A stretch of DNA of 60,765 nt from a virus (IMGVR_UViG_3300033148_002164:1-60765), one strand, 5' to 3'. Positions 46,901 through 55,545 are shown, counted from the stretch's first letter. Notes: generated by a model from the sequence alone, not told the origin. A program made the numbers and translations.

Positions 46901-47685
46901 TGGCGAACTTCGGCCGGCGCGTGCAAATCCAACTCGGAACCGAGGGCCTGCCCGGCCGGACCATCGAGGGGCTACGGGTTCGCTTCCAGGTCGAGCACAC
47001 CCGCACCGGAGCTCCAAGCACTGCCGTCATCGAGATCAACAACCTCGCGCCGGAGTCTCTTGGGCTACTCGAGGGCGACGGTGCGCTGATCCGCCTGTCC
47101 GCTGGTTATGACTCCCCGCTGCTCGTCTTCAGGGGCAACCCCTCCAAGGTGGTCACCGAGAACCACGTCACCCGCGTGGAAGCCGAGGACGGCGGCGAGA
47201 CCTATCGGGAGGCCCGCCTGAGCATCAGCCTGGCCACTGCGGTCACCATGCAGGACGTGCTGGACGAAGCCGTGAGTCAGCTCGGGGTCACCAAGGGCAC
47301 GATTCGGTCGGACCTCACCGCCGAGATCAGCAACGGGATCTCCTTCTCCGGGCCAGCGCGCGACATGCTCGACCGGCTCGCGGAGACCACCGGCAGCGAT
47401 TGGATGATCCAAGACGGCGCGCTGCAGTTCATCGAGCGCGGCGGCCAGACCACCCAGACCGTGGTCGTCTTCTCCGTCGAGGGCCGCAGCATGGTCGGCA
47501 CCGCCTCAAAGACAGACACCGGGGTCGAGGCCAAGGGCTTCATTGCTCCTCAACTCCGCCCCGGTGGGCTGTTCGAGATTCGCGCCGAGCGCTACTCAGG
47601 GACCTACATCGCCGATAAGGTCACGTTCATCGGCGACACCCACGGGAACGACTTCTACACGATCGCCCGTGGTCGGCCAGTCTGA
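46900..47685 (+). CDS. baseplate hub protein
   Basis: I.NL, LSAGY, W.IQDG and GDTHG motifs. Confidence 0.8.
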   Translation: MANFGRRVQIQLGTEGLPGRTIEGLRVRFQVEHTRTGAPSTAVIEINNLAPESLGLLEGDGALIRLSAGYDSPLLVFRGNPSKVVTENHVTRVEAEDGGETYREARLSISLATAVTMQDVLDEAVSQLGVTKGTIRSDLTAEISNGISFSGPARDMLDRLAETTGSDWMIQDGALQFIERGGQTTQTVVVFSVEGRSMVGTASKTDTGVEAKGFIAPQLRPGGLFEIRAERYSGTYIADKVTFIGDTHGNDFYTIARGRPV

Positions 47686-47829
47686 CGCCTGCCGTCCTGA
47701 CTGCCGTGGACATTGCGGCGCGGCTTCCCCCGTGGGTGAGGCGTCTTGGGGGCGACCCATCCTTTTGATGGCTTCATCCTCTCGGCTTCCTTGAAGAGGA
47801 GGAGCACCTCCAGCGGCAACAGCTTGGGA

Positions 47830-48066
47830 TCAAAAGCCATCGTGGGCCAGCGCCAGCAACCGCACGTCTTCAACCACCACCATCGCGTCGGGCCCGCGCC
47901 CTGCTACGAGGTTCGGATGTTTGCCGACGTGGACGTTGTAGCAGGTGAACGTCCCGACCGTGGTGGCCCACGCATTAACAGGCTGCCCTTGGAATGTGGC
48001 AAAGAACACATCATCAGCTTGAGTCCAGCCGATCGGCCAGATGTTCGACAACAGATCGAGGGTCAT
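47830..48066 (-). CDS. hypothetical protein (island 4)
   Basis: ATGA-coupled. Confidence 0.45.
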   Translation of the reverse strand: MTLDLLSNIWPIGWTQADDVFFATFQGQPVNAWATTVGTFTCYNVHVGKHPNLVAGRGPDAMVVVEDVRLLALAHDGF

Positions 48067-48311
48067 AGCCCAGCCTTCACGGCGCGCATGCCGTCAGGGG
48101 TGAGGGCGAACAGGTTTGCATGCCTGCCCGCTGTTGGGGCGGCGCCGACGATCTCGACCAATCCCTTGATCACGAGAGCGGTCATCGACTGACTCAAGCT
48201 GCTGGCGCCGTGGCCCATCTCCTCCTGGTCTGTGACCTGCCGGATCGTTGTGGTCCGGTGCTTGCGGAGGTGGTGCAGCAGCCAGCGCTGGCGTGAGCCG
48301 AGGTAGGTCAT
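48063..48311 (-). CDS. winged-helix protein
   Basis: LSQSMTALVIKGLVE..FALTPDG. Confidence 0.6.
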   Translation of the reverse strand: MTYLGSRQRWLLHHLRKHRTTTIRQVTDQEEMGHGASSLSQSMTALVIKGLVEIVGAAPTAGRHANLFALTPDGMRAVKAGL

Positions 48312-48913
48312 GCCTTGAACTTCGGGTCGGATGGGTGGCGGCCTGCGGCTTCGACCTCGGCGTCGGTTGCTGGGCGGTAGTGCTTTGGCTCGACCAGACC
48401 GATTACCCCGAAGCCATACTCGGACCATTCACCAAAGAGCATGCCGTGGGTCTTGTCCTCAGTGAGGTATCTGAGCGAACTATCTGAGTTCTCATCTGGG
48501 ATATGCACGACATACCCGTCCGGGTTTACGCGGTATCCGTCGATTACTCGCTCGCCCTTCTCAGCAAGCAGGCTTGCCACCTCCTGCCGCGCCAGCGCCA
48601 ACTCGGTGCTGAGGCGCTCGATCTCCTCGTTCTTGGTGAGGATGATCCCGGTCTGGTGGTTGGCAGCATCCTCGGCGTCCTTGCGGTGTCCCTCGTGGTC
48701 GAAGACTGCAGCAGCGAGTTGGTCGGCGAGCCGGGCCACCTTGCTGCGCATGCTGATGTTCTCTTTGCTGATGGAGGCCCGTTGTGTAGCCGATGCGGCC
48801 ATATCCAACTCGAGCGCCTCCGCTCGGTCGGTCATCGCCGCCAAGTCGCGGCGGGCCTCGGCCAGTTCGAGGGCTCGGTCTTCGATGTGGTTCAGCAGTT
48901 CTGCGGTGTTCAT
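48308..48913 (-). CDS. coiled-coil hypothetical protein
   Basis: GGGAGAACGAC-ATG; heptad pattern. Confidence 0.7.
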   Translation of the reverse strand: MNTAELLNHIEDRALELAEARRDLAAMTDRAEALELDMAASATQRASISKENISMRSKVARLADQLAAAVFDHEGHRKDAEDAANHQTGIILTKNEEIERLSTELALARQEVASLLAEKGERVIDGYRVNPDGYVVHIPDENSDSSLRYLTEDKTHGMLFGEWSEYGFGVIGLVEPKHYRPATDAEVEAAGRHPSDPKFKA

Positions 48914-48930
48914 GTCGTTCTCCCGTTGAA

Positions 48931-49365
48931 TTAAAGTGCTTCCACCCAAGCGATCCCCGTAAGCAGGAAGCACCGGGGCGCGTTCTTGTCCAGATCAGCG
49001 CAGAGGATGGCCTTCCCATCATCGCGCGGGACGATTCTCCCGATGCGCCTTGGCTCCACCTTGTCCTTCTTGATGTAGCCGATCCACATCTCCTCGCGGA
49101 GACATGAGGCCTCACCAAGCGCGCGGGCGATGGCGAAGTGGGTGGTGTGGCGCCCGGGTGGTAGGCGCTTCGAGTTCAACTCAACCTCGGAGTCGTCGGC
49201 GCGGTAGACCAGCCTGGAGCGGTCGCCGTCGTTGATGGCCAGCAGGTAGCCAGTGCGGCCCTCGGCGTGGATGGCGCCTACGGTGAGGGTGGTCGGCCGT
49301 CCTGAGTCTACGCAAGGATCATCTGTGATGATGACCTCGGCGTGCTGTCCCTTGATGGCGCTCAT
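48931..49365 (-). CDS. hypothetical protein with a WYL-like C-terminus
   Basis: I.Y......R.I.P-like segment and D..KNAPR.F.L..I. Confidence 0.55.
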   Translation of the reverse strand: MSAIKGQHAEVIITDDPCVDSGRPTTLTVGAIHAEGRTGYLLAINDGDRSRLVYRADDSEVELNSKRLPPGRHTTHFAIARALGEASCLREEMWIGYIKKDKVEPRRIGRIVPRDDGKAILCADLDKNAPRCFLLTGIAWVEAL

Positions 49366-49670
49366 GACTGCTCCAGTGTGGCGGCGACGTGCTTTCTCAG
49401 ATCGGCGTCGGATGCGAGAGACAGGTCCGGATTGACGGCCTGATTCGTCAGATCGTCAAGTTGCTGATTTAGCTTGGCTGTCGCCTCCTCGAACGCCCTA
49501 CGGTGCGCAGTCCTGCTGTCTTTGGTCCATGCCTGGAACCCTATAGATGCTCGGAGGCGCGCCCGAAGAGACGGGTCACTCTCTCCTGAATACCTCGGAT
49601 AGATGCCGAAACTCTCGACCAGTCTGTCGAGGTCTTCCCCGATTGCTGTATCTACGCTGTAGAGGCTCAT
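49362..49670 (-). CDS. small protein resembling baseplate wedge segments
   Basis: DTAIGEDLDRL...G..R..GESD..LRARL; promoter TTGACG-N17-TAGGAT (49721-49693). Confidence 0.6.
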   Translation of the reverse strand: MSLYSVDTAIGEDLDRLVESFGIYPRYSGESDPSLRARLRASIGFQAWTKDSRTAHRRAFEEATAKLNQQLDDLTNQAVNPDLSLASDADLRKHVAATLEQS

Positions 49671-49770
49671 TCCGTTCTCCTTTGCTACAACCATCCTATG
49701 CCAACTGTAACGCCACGTCAACAAACAGCCCGAGAATGACCCGGAGCGCGATCGGGGGTATACTGCTTCC

Positions 49771-50424
49771 ATGTCCTCAGAAGATTCAGACGCCCAGATC
49801 GCGATCGACGTAGCCCGCGCCCAACTCGGGCCCGTGCGAATCGCCATGCCTGGCAAGATTTCCGCCTACGACCACACCACCCAGCGCGCCAAGATCAAGT
49901 TGATCGTGCAGTGGGCCTACCGGAAGAAGGACGGATCGATCGAGCAGTATGATCCGCCAATACTCGACGGCGTTCCTGTGCAGTTCATGTCAGCAGCAGG
50001 GCGGGCGGTTACGCATCCGCTCTCAGTCGGTGACGAGGTTCAGGTGTTGGTCAACGACCGCTCCATTGATGAGTACCTCTCGACTGCTGCAGACAGCACA
50101 ACGCCCCGCGACTTGCGCCGCTTCGACATCTCGGATGCCGTGTGTTGGCCGGTAAACATTGCTGCCGAGATCCCAAGCGCCGGCGTCGATTCGGTGGCTA
50201 CCGTGATCTATGCGCCCGAAGTGAAACTTGGGAGTTCAGGAGCAACCAAGACCGTCGCCCTCAGCCCAGACGTGGACAATCAGAACACCCTGCTCGCGAA
50301 CGTGTTCTCCACGTGGGTCCCGGTCCCGAACGACGGAGGCGCAGCACTCAAGGCGCTCTTGACCACGCTCATCGCGACGGGCTGGCCGTTTGCTACTGGG
50401 GCGACGAAGGTCAAGGCAGAGTAG
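49771..50424 (+). CDS. baseplate spike (Gp138 N-terminal-like)
   Basis: AMPG.I..YD, VPV.F, GDEV, DRSID and R.FD.SDA motifs. Confidence 0.85.
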   Translation: MSSEDSDAQIAIDVARAQLGPVRIAMPGKISAYDHTTQRAKIKLIVQWAYRKKDGSIEQYDPPILDGVPVQFMSAAGRAVTHPLSVGDEVQVLVNDRSIDEYLSTAADSTTPRDLRRFDISDAVCWPVNIAAEIPSAGVDSVATVIYAPEVKLGSSGATKTVALSPDVDNQNTLLANVFSTWVPVPNDGGAALKALLTTLIATGWPFATGATKVKAE

Positions 50425-50466
50425 CGGCGGCTTGCTGGTTCGGTTCCGCCGTGTTATGGTTTTTCC

Positions 50467-51252
50467 ATGGGAAACAGAACAAAGAATACGGTTTCGCCCC
50501 TTCAACAGGCCCTGCTGGATAGGCTGGTTGCTGGAGAGTTGGTTCCAATAGTTTCAGTCAGAGTCACCACATGGCGCGGGCTTGTAACCAGGGGGTATGC
50601 CAGATTAGTCGGCGATAAGATCGTGGCGGACATGCGGACTCTTACGCCGCAGGAGGGTCCATCCAAGGCAAAGTTCCGAGCCGATAGGGCCAAGGCCAGG
50701 GCTAAAGCCAGATCCGAGAATATAGCCCAGGCCAAGCGCGAAGCCCAAGCTGAGTGCGAAGCCAAGGCTAAACGTAAGGCTAAGGCTAAGGCTAAGTATA
50801 GGGATGTCTATAGGGCTATATACAGAGCTAAGGCTGAGGCTCGCGAGCCGATGATTCTGGAGTGCTCTACGTGCAGTCTTACCTTCACCTACAAGGGGAG
50901 TGGTAGGCCAGAAAAGTTCTGCTCGGACGAGTGTCGGCATCCTGCAATGTCCACAGTGAAGCCCAAAGCTCCACCCCTCAAGGTTGGCCATGGTTGCGTT
51001 GAGTGCGGCGCTTTTAGGCGCGACCCACGCAAGCGGAGGTGCTCGTCCTGTATCAGCCGGCGTCAGCTGTTCTATACCAGGATGGCCACTCGCGCTGAAA
51101 GCAGCAGCGCTCAGGATATTCGCCAGTCTATGGCCAGCAGGCTGGAATCGCTCCAGATTCTGGAAGTCTTCCACTTAGAGAAGCGCCGGTTGCCGTGTTG
51201 GCGTAAGTGGCAACCCATCTTGACCCCAGAGAGTCAACTCTTCTGCAAATAG
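50467..51252 (+). CDS. winged-helix-like, basic helix and zinc-finger protein inserted in the baseplate genes
   Basis: TWRGLVTRG, (KA)n run, CSTC..GRP.KFCSDEC and CVEC..CSSC; lower GC. Confidence 0.6.
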   Translation: MGNRTKNTVSPLQQALLDRLVAGELVPIVSVRVTTWRGLVTRGYARLVGDKIVADMRTLTPQEGPSKAKFRADRAKARAKARSENIAQAKREAQAECEAKAKRKAKAKAKYRDVYRAIYRAKAEAREPMILECSTCSLTFTYKGSGRPEKFCSDECRHPAMSTVKPKAPPLKVGHGCVECGAFRRDPRKRRCSSCISRRQLFYTRMATRAESSSAQDIRQSMASRLESLQILEVFHLEKRRLPCWRKWQPILTPESQLFCK

Positions 51253-51274
51253 AAGAGGGGCGGCAAAGTAGCGA

Positions 51275-51532
51275 CTATGCCGCGTAGAGGACTACTGCGT
51301 CGTCCGCGAAGTCGAGCCAGCCGTGGATGATTCGGTGCCAATCATTGCCGTGGAGTGGGCAGTCCGGGTTTGACTCATCCAGCGGGCTCTTGATGTCGAC
51401 CACCTTCATCAGACTGTCGCACAAAGAATCATCTGGGGTGACGTTGTGATCGGTGACGCCAACAACGACAACAGCGGTGCTACCAATCGCGAGCACGTCG
51501 CCAACCTTTGGATCGTTCTTCGGATCTCGCAT
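51275..51532 (-). CDS. hypothetical protein (85 aa) downstream of the hairpin RNA
   Basis: GGAGGG RBS; MRDPKNDPKVGDVL. Confidence 0.6.
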   Translation of the reverse strand: MRDPKNDPKVGDVLAIGSTAVVVVGVTDHNVTPDDSLCDSLMKVVDIKSPLDESNPDCPLHGNDWHRIIHGWLDFADDAVVLYAA

Positions 51533-51545
51533 GGCACCCTCCAGA

Positions 51546-51608
51546 GTAAAAGAGGAGCACGTCCGGCCAGCATGGGATGGGGAGAACGACAACCGGACGC
51601 GCCCCTGA
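51546..51608 (-). ncRNA. candidate small RNA or attenuator hairpin displaying the anti-RBS GUCGUUCUCC
   Basis: Promoter TTGCGC-N17-TATAGT (51643-51615); 17-bp stem (51606-51590 with 51569-51553) whose non-Watson-Crick pairs are all G-U on this strand; followed by CUUUUA. Confidence 0.55.
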
Positions 51609-51642
51609 TGCGTTACTATAGCGCTGTACCCCAGGAGGCGCA

Positions 51643-52068
51643 ATGCCTGCACAACGTAGCTATCAGGACATCGGGCTCACAAGCACGCTCGACCTGCCGG
51701 TGAATGCCGCGTATGTCGGGGGAGAGACGGTCATCGCGCAGCGCGTGAAACTCGGCCTGTCGCTGCATCTCGGGGAGTTCGCTTTCGATAAGCGCGTGGG
51801 CATGCCCTACGTCCAGTGGTCCGAGGTCAAGCCGGCCCCGCTGGCCACCATCGCCGCCAAGGTCCGCCAGGTCATCGACCAGACTCGGGGCGTGGTCTCC
51901 ATCCAGAACTTCTCGCAGACCTTCGAGGATCAGGAGGTCAAGATCACGGCCTACATCCTGACCGACGACGGAGAGGTGACCGTCGAACTCGTGAGGGATG
52001 CCGAGGGCCCCGCAAACATCTGGGCTGGCTGGCAAACCCTCGTTCGCTCCGGTCCAATCTCACCGTGA
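51643..52068 (+). CDS. baseplate wedge / sheath initiator
   Basis: IAQR....L....GE..FD...G.PY motif. Confidence 0.78.
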   Translation: MPAQRSYQDIGLTSTLDLPVNAAYVGGETVIAQRVKLGLSLHLGEFAFDKRVGMPYVQWSEVKPAPLATIAAKVRQVIDQTRGVVSIQNFSQTFEDQEVKITAYILTDDGEVTVELVRDAEGPANIWAGWQTLVRSGPISP

Positions 52069-52080
52069 TAGGGTAACCCC

Positions 52081-53223
52081 ATGGCTGCACTTACTGACGA
52101 GGGCTTCATTGCCCCACGCACCGCAGATTTCTCCAGCACCTTCCGCTCTACGGTGGAGAGTTCTGGGGTCGCTCCTGACTGGGAGTCCAACGAGGTCTGG
52201 GGCAATCTCGATGCGTGGATCACCCCGCTGCTCGGTGAACTCGGAGAGGCCTCGCAGGCCTCGTACGACGCTCGCGACGTGAACAACGCGACCGGCATCC
52301 ACCTGGACAACGCGGCCAACCTCGTTGGAGTCGAGCGGCATGATGCATCCCTATCCACTGTGACGCTCCTACTGCAGGCCACCAAGGCTGTGACCATCTT
52401 CCTCGGCGACAAGGTCCAGGACGTGGTGACTCTGGCGTTCTGGGTTGCGACCGAGGAGGTGGTGTTCACTGCTGCTGGCGCTAAGGAGTCTGTGTTCCAG
52501 GCGGACACTGCTGGCGCTGTATCGGCAATCGCGGGCGACATCACCAAGATCGTCACCCCTCGCGACGGCTGGGGCGCTGTCGCTAACGCAGCAGACGCCA
52601 ACCAAGGTGTGGACCGAGAGAGTGACACCAGCCTCCGCAGGCGCCGCGCTGAGTCCGTACAGGCGGCCGGCAGCACCAGTCAGAACTCAATCCGAGCGCG
52701 GATGCTCGCTGTTGACGGCGTGCTCGCTGGGTTGGTTCTCCAGAACGACCTCGGAGTCTCCCAGACCATTGAGGGGAAGACGCTGGACCCTCACAGCATC
52801 TTCGTGATCGCGTACCCGTCGACCATGAATGGCGACCAACAGGACGCGCTGGCTCAGGTGCTTTACGACCACAGCAGCGCCGGGATCAAGATGATGGGCA
52901 CCGACGTCACCAAGACCGTGACGGACATTGCTGGCGGCTCGAGGCCTATCGCGTGGGACTGGGCCACCGCCAATCCGGTCACGCTTGGCGTCGTAGTCAC
53001 GCTCGATCCGCGCTACGACCTCGCCACGGTCACCCCGCAGATTGAGGCCAACGTGCAAGCGTACTTCGACAGCCTGCTTGTGGGTGAGGATGTGCGTCAG
53101 CTGCAACTCTGCATCGCGGCCGGCACCGTTGACGGCGTGCTCTCGGCGGTCTTCACGCCGGGCACCGACATCCCGATTCTCGCCACCGAGGTCGCTACCC
53201 TGTCCAGCCTCACGGTGACCTGA
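52081..53223 (+). CDS. baseplate J/gp47-like protein
   Basis: ATG..LD....G..R, G.D.ESD..LR.R and PHS motifs. Confidence 0.9.
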   Translation: MAALTDEGFIAPRTADFSSTFRSTVESSGVAPDWESNEVWGNLDAWITPLLGELGEASQASYDARDVNNATGIHLDNAANLVGVERHDASLSTVTLLLQATKAVTIFLGDKVQDVVTLAFWVATEEVVFTAAGAKESVFQADTAGAVSAIAGDITKIVTPRDGWGAVANAADANQGVDRESDTSLRRRRAESVQAAGSTSQNSIRARMLAVDGVLAGLVLQNDLGVSQTIEGKTLDPHSIFVIAYPSTMNGDQQDALAQVLYDHSSAGIKMMGTDVTKTVTDIAGGSRPIAWDWATANPVTLGVVVTLDPRYDLATVTPQIEANVQAYFDSLLVGEDVRQLQLCIAAGTVDGVLSAVFTPGTDIPILATEVATLSSLTVT

Positions 53224-53825
53224 TGGCAACAGACGACATCACCCTCTCCTACATCCAGGACTGGGAGAGCAAGGCGATCGCCGCCCTCCCGACGATGTTC
53301 AGGAATCAGCCTGGCTGGATTGCGCTGGCGCGGGGCTTCGGGGCCGCTGCCCAACTCCAAGAGGACGCGAACTTCGACCTGCTCAGCGGGACGACCCTGG
53401 AACTCGCGACCGGTGTTCACCTTGACCGGTGGGGTGACATCGTTGGACAGCAGCGCTTGGACTTCTCGGACACCGAGTATCGCGGGTTCATCCGCGCCCG
53501 CATCATCGCCAACACCAGCAAGGGCCACCCCGACGAGCTCCTGGCGATCCTGAACCTGACCATGGACCCGCTGGGCCTCCAGATTGTCGACATGCACCCC
53601 GCCGGCCTCAAGATCTACGTGCTCCGCGCCTCGTTCGTGCGCGACACCGTAGCCAGCGCAGTCGGCCGCATCATGGACGACGCCAAGCCCGCTGGAGTCA
53701 CGCTCTACCTCGTAGAGGCTCTGACCGGGTTCTTCGGCACCGCTGGCGACTACTCCGAATCCTTCACACCTTACGGCCCGCTCGGCGTTGATGTCGGCGT
53801 GCTGGCCCGAGAGATCATCACATGA
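53223..53825 (+). CDS. baseplate wedge protein (DUF2612-like)
   Basis: ATG.HLD.WG.IVG..R..D..YR..I.A.I..N and KPAGV. Confidence 0.82.
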   Translation: MATDDITLSYIQDWESKAIAALPTMFRNQPGWIALARGFGAAAQLQEDANFDLLSGTTLELATGVHLDRWGDIVGQQRLDFSDTEYRGFIRARIIANTSKGHPDELLAILNLTMDPLGLQIVDMHPAGLKIYVLRASFVRDTVASAVGRIMDDAKPAGVTLYLVEALTGFFGTAGDYSESFTPYGPLGVDVGVLAREIIT

Positions 53826-55039
53826 CCACGCCTGTCCTGAACTTCGCCAACGGCGCAGCGTCTACTCGCATCAACAAGCCGCCCGATCAGGTGATTGACC
53901 AAGGCTTCAACGCTGGCGAGGTCGTCCCCCAGCAGACGTTGAACTGGCTGATGCAGAAGGTCGGCGGAAGCATGGCGTTTGCTGGTGTGGCTGGTGCAGT
54001 ACAGGAGTTGCTTCCAGGCATGACCGCCGTGGTGAATGAGGCTGACACCTCGGCATCACCACTGGATCTCGTCGCCACTTCATCGGTCGGAAGCATCTTC
54101 CAGATCATCACGAATTCCAGATACATCATCCTGTGGATTGGGACGGATCTTGTTGTCTTGAACCGGGATACGCTGGCCATCGTTCGGACGCTGGTTGCGG
54201 CTGGTACTGCCGGCCAGATCGCAACTGATGGGAAGTACGTATACAGGTCTGATGGTACCGATATTGAGGGCTACGAGATCGAGAGCGGCGTCTTGAGGTT
54301 CACTGTCGCGAATACTCAGAACGTCGAAACGTCTGATGGTCGGTATATCTACACAAGATCAGGCAGCAACGCCTACGCCATCGACGCCACGACCGGTGCA
54401 GCAGTGTGGGGGCCATACAGCCACAACGCGACAATCAGAAACCTCCGAAGCAACGGGCAGCAGTTGTTCCTGATCGGCTCTGCGTCTGGACACGCCTCCA
54501 CCGCCACCGTGCGAGCTATCGAGGCCGCCACCGGCAAAGACGCAGCAAACGAGGGGACCCTTGGGGCAAGTACCGAGCCATGGGTCTGGGACTCAGCTCC
54601 AGCAGGTCTGCCTCCATCGGCAATCTCGCGGGTGCGTTTTGACGGGAGCCATGTATATGTCACTGGCTCAGACCGAATCCAGGCCCTCAACGCAATCACG
54701 GGCGCGCTCATCCGGGAGCACACTGGCCTCGCATCGCCTGGGTTTATGACAGTGGACCACCGGTACATCTACCACTCAGACGGAACAGCGGTCCACGTCT
54801 ACAGCAAGGGGCTTGATTCACTGGCTTATGCTGGATCCGTCAGCGCCACTGCGGCGTCAATGATAGATGTAGCCTCTGATGGGTCTGGCTTGTACATCGC
54901 CGATCAGCCTGGCTCTGGTCCGCGTGTAGTGAAGATCAACATGCCGAACCCTCAGCCGACTCGCTACCTGCTCACCGATCCAGAGGTCGACTTCTACCGA
55001 GTCTTCCCGAATCTCCTGCTTCAGCCTTTGGGGGCATGA
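53822..55039 (+). CDS. tail fibre / receptor-binding protein with PQQ-like beta-propeller repeats
   Basis: N-terminal P....GF..GE.P..Q.LNW; repeated DG.Y.Y and A.DA.TG..W. Confidence 0.7.
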   Translation: MTTPVLNFANGAASTRINKPPDQVIDQGFNAGEVVPQQTLNWLMQKVGGSMAFAGVAGAVQELLPGMTAVVNEADTSASPLDLVATSSVGSIFQIITNSRYIILWIGTDLVVLNRDTLAIVRTLVAAGTAGQIATDGKYVYRSDGTDIEGYEIESGVLRFTVANTQNVETSDGRYIYTRSGSNAYAIDATTGAAVWGPYSHNATIRNLRSNGQQLFLIGSASGHASTATVRAIEAATGKDAANEGTLGASTEPWVWDSAPAGLPPSAISRVRFDGSHVYVTGSDRIQALNAITGALIREHTGLASPGFMTVDHRYIYHSDGTAVHVYSKGLDSLAYAGSVSATAASMIDVASDGSGLYIADQPGSGPRVVKINMPNPQPTRYLLTDPEVDFYRVFPNLLLQPLGA

Positions 55040-55491
55040 TGGACATCACCTCACACTTCACTCTCGCCGAGATGACCCGGACCAATCACCGGAGCCTGGC
55101 CGAGGCGAATCGCACCAACGCAGAGGCTCACCTGCAGCCGCTCACGCTCGTCTGCACCATGCTCGAACGCATCAGGGCCCACTTCGGGAGAGCCGTCATC
55201 ATCCACAGCGGCTACCGCTCCAGCGCGCTCAACGCGGAGATCGGTGGCAGTCGGACCAGTCAGCACGTCAAGGGCGAGGCGGCCGACTTCCACGTCTCAG
55301 GGGTTGACCTGCGCGAGGTCTTCGACTGGATTCGCAACGAGTCGGGCTTGGAGTGGGGTCAACTGATCCTTGAGGGCAACGTGAAGGGCATGCCGTCGTG
55401 GATTCACATGAGCCTCGGCCACCCATGGCGCCCACTGGCGAAGTCTCAGCAGGTGCTGGTGATGGATGCCGGCAAGTGGACCCGCCTCTAA
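55036..55491 (+). CDS. peptidase M15A (probable endolysin)
   Basis: HF.L.E, SGYR...N..GG...SQH..GEAAD and WIH. Confidence 0.88.
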   Translation: MMDITSHFTLAEMTRTNHRSLAEANRTNAEAHLQPLTLVCTMLERIRAHFGRAVIIHSGYRSSALNAEIGGSRTSQHVKGEAADFHVSGVDLREVFDWIRNESGLEWGQLILEGNVKGMPSWIHMSLGHPWRPLAKSQQVLVMDAGKWTRL

Positions 55492-55545
55492 GTAGGCAGA
55501 ACCCAGCGCGCGGGCTACTATGGACCCGTACCACGAGGAGGTCAC

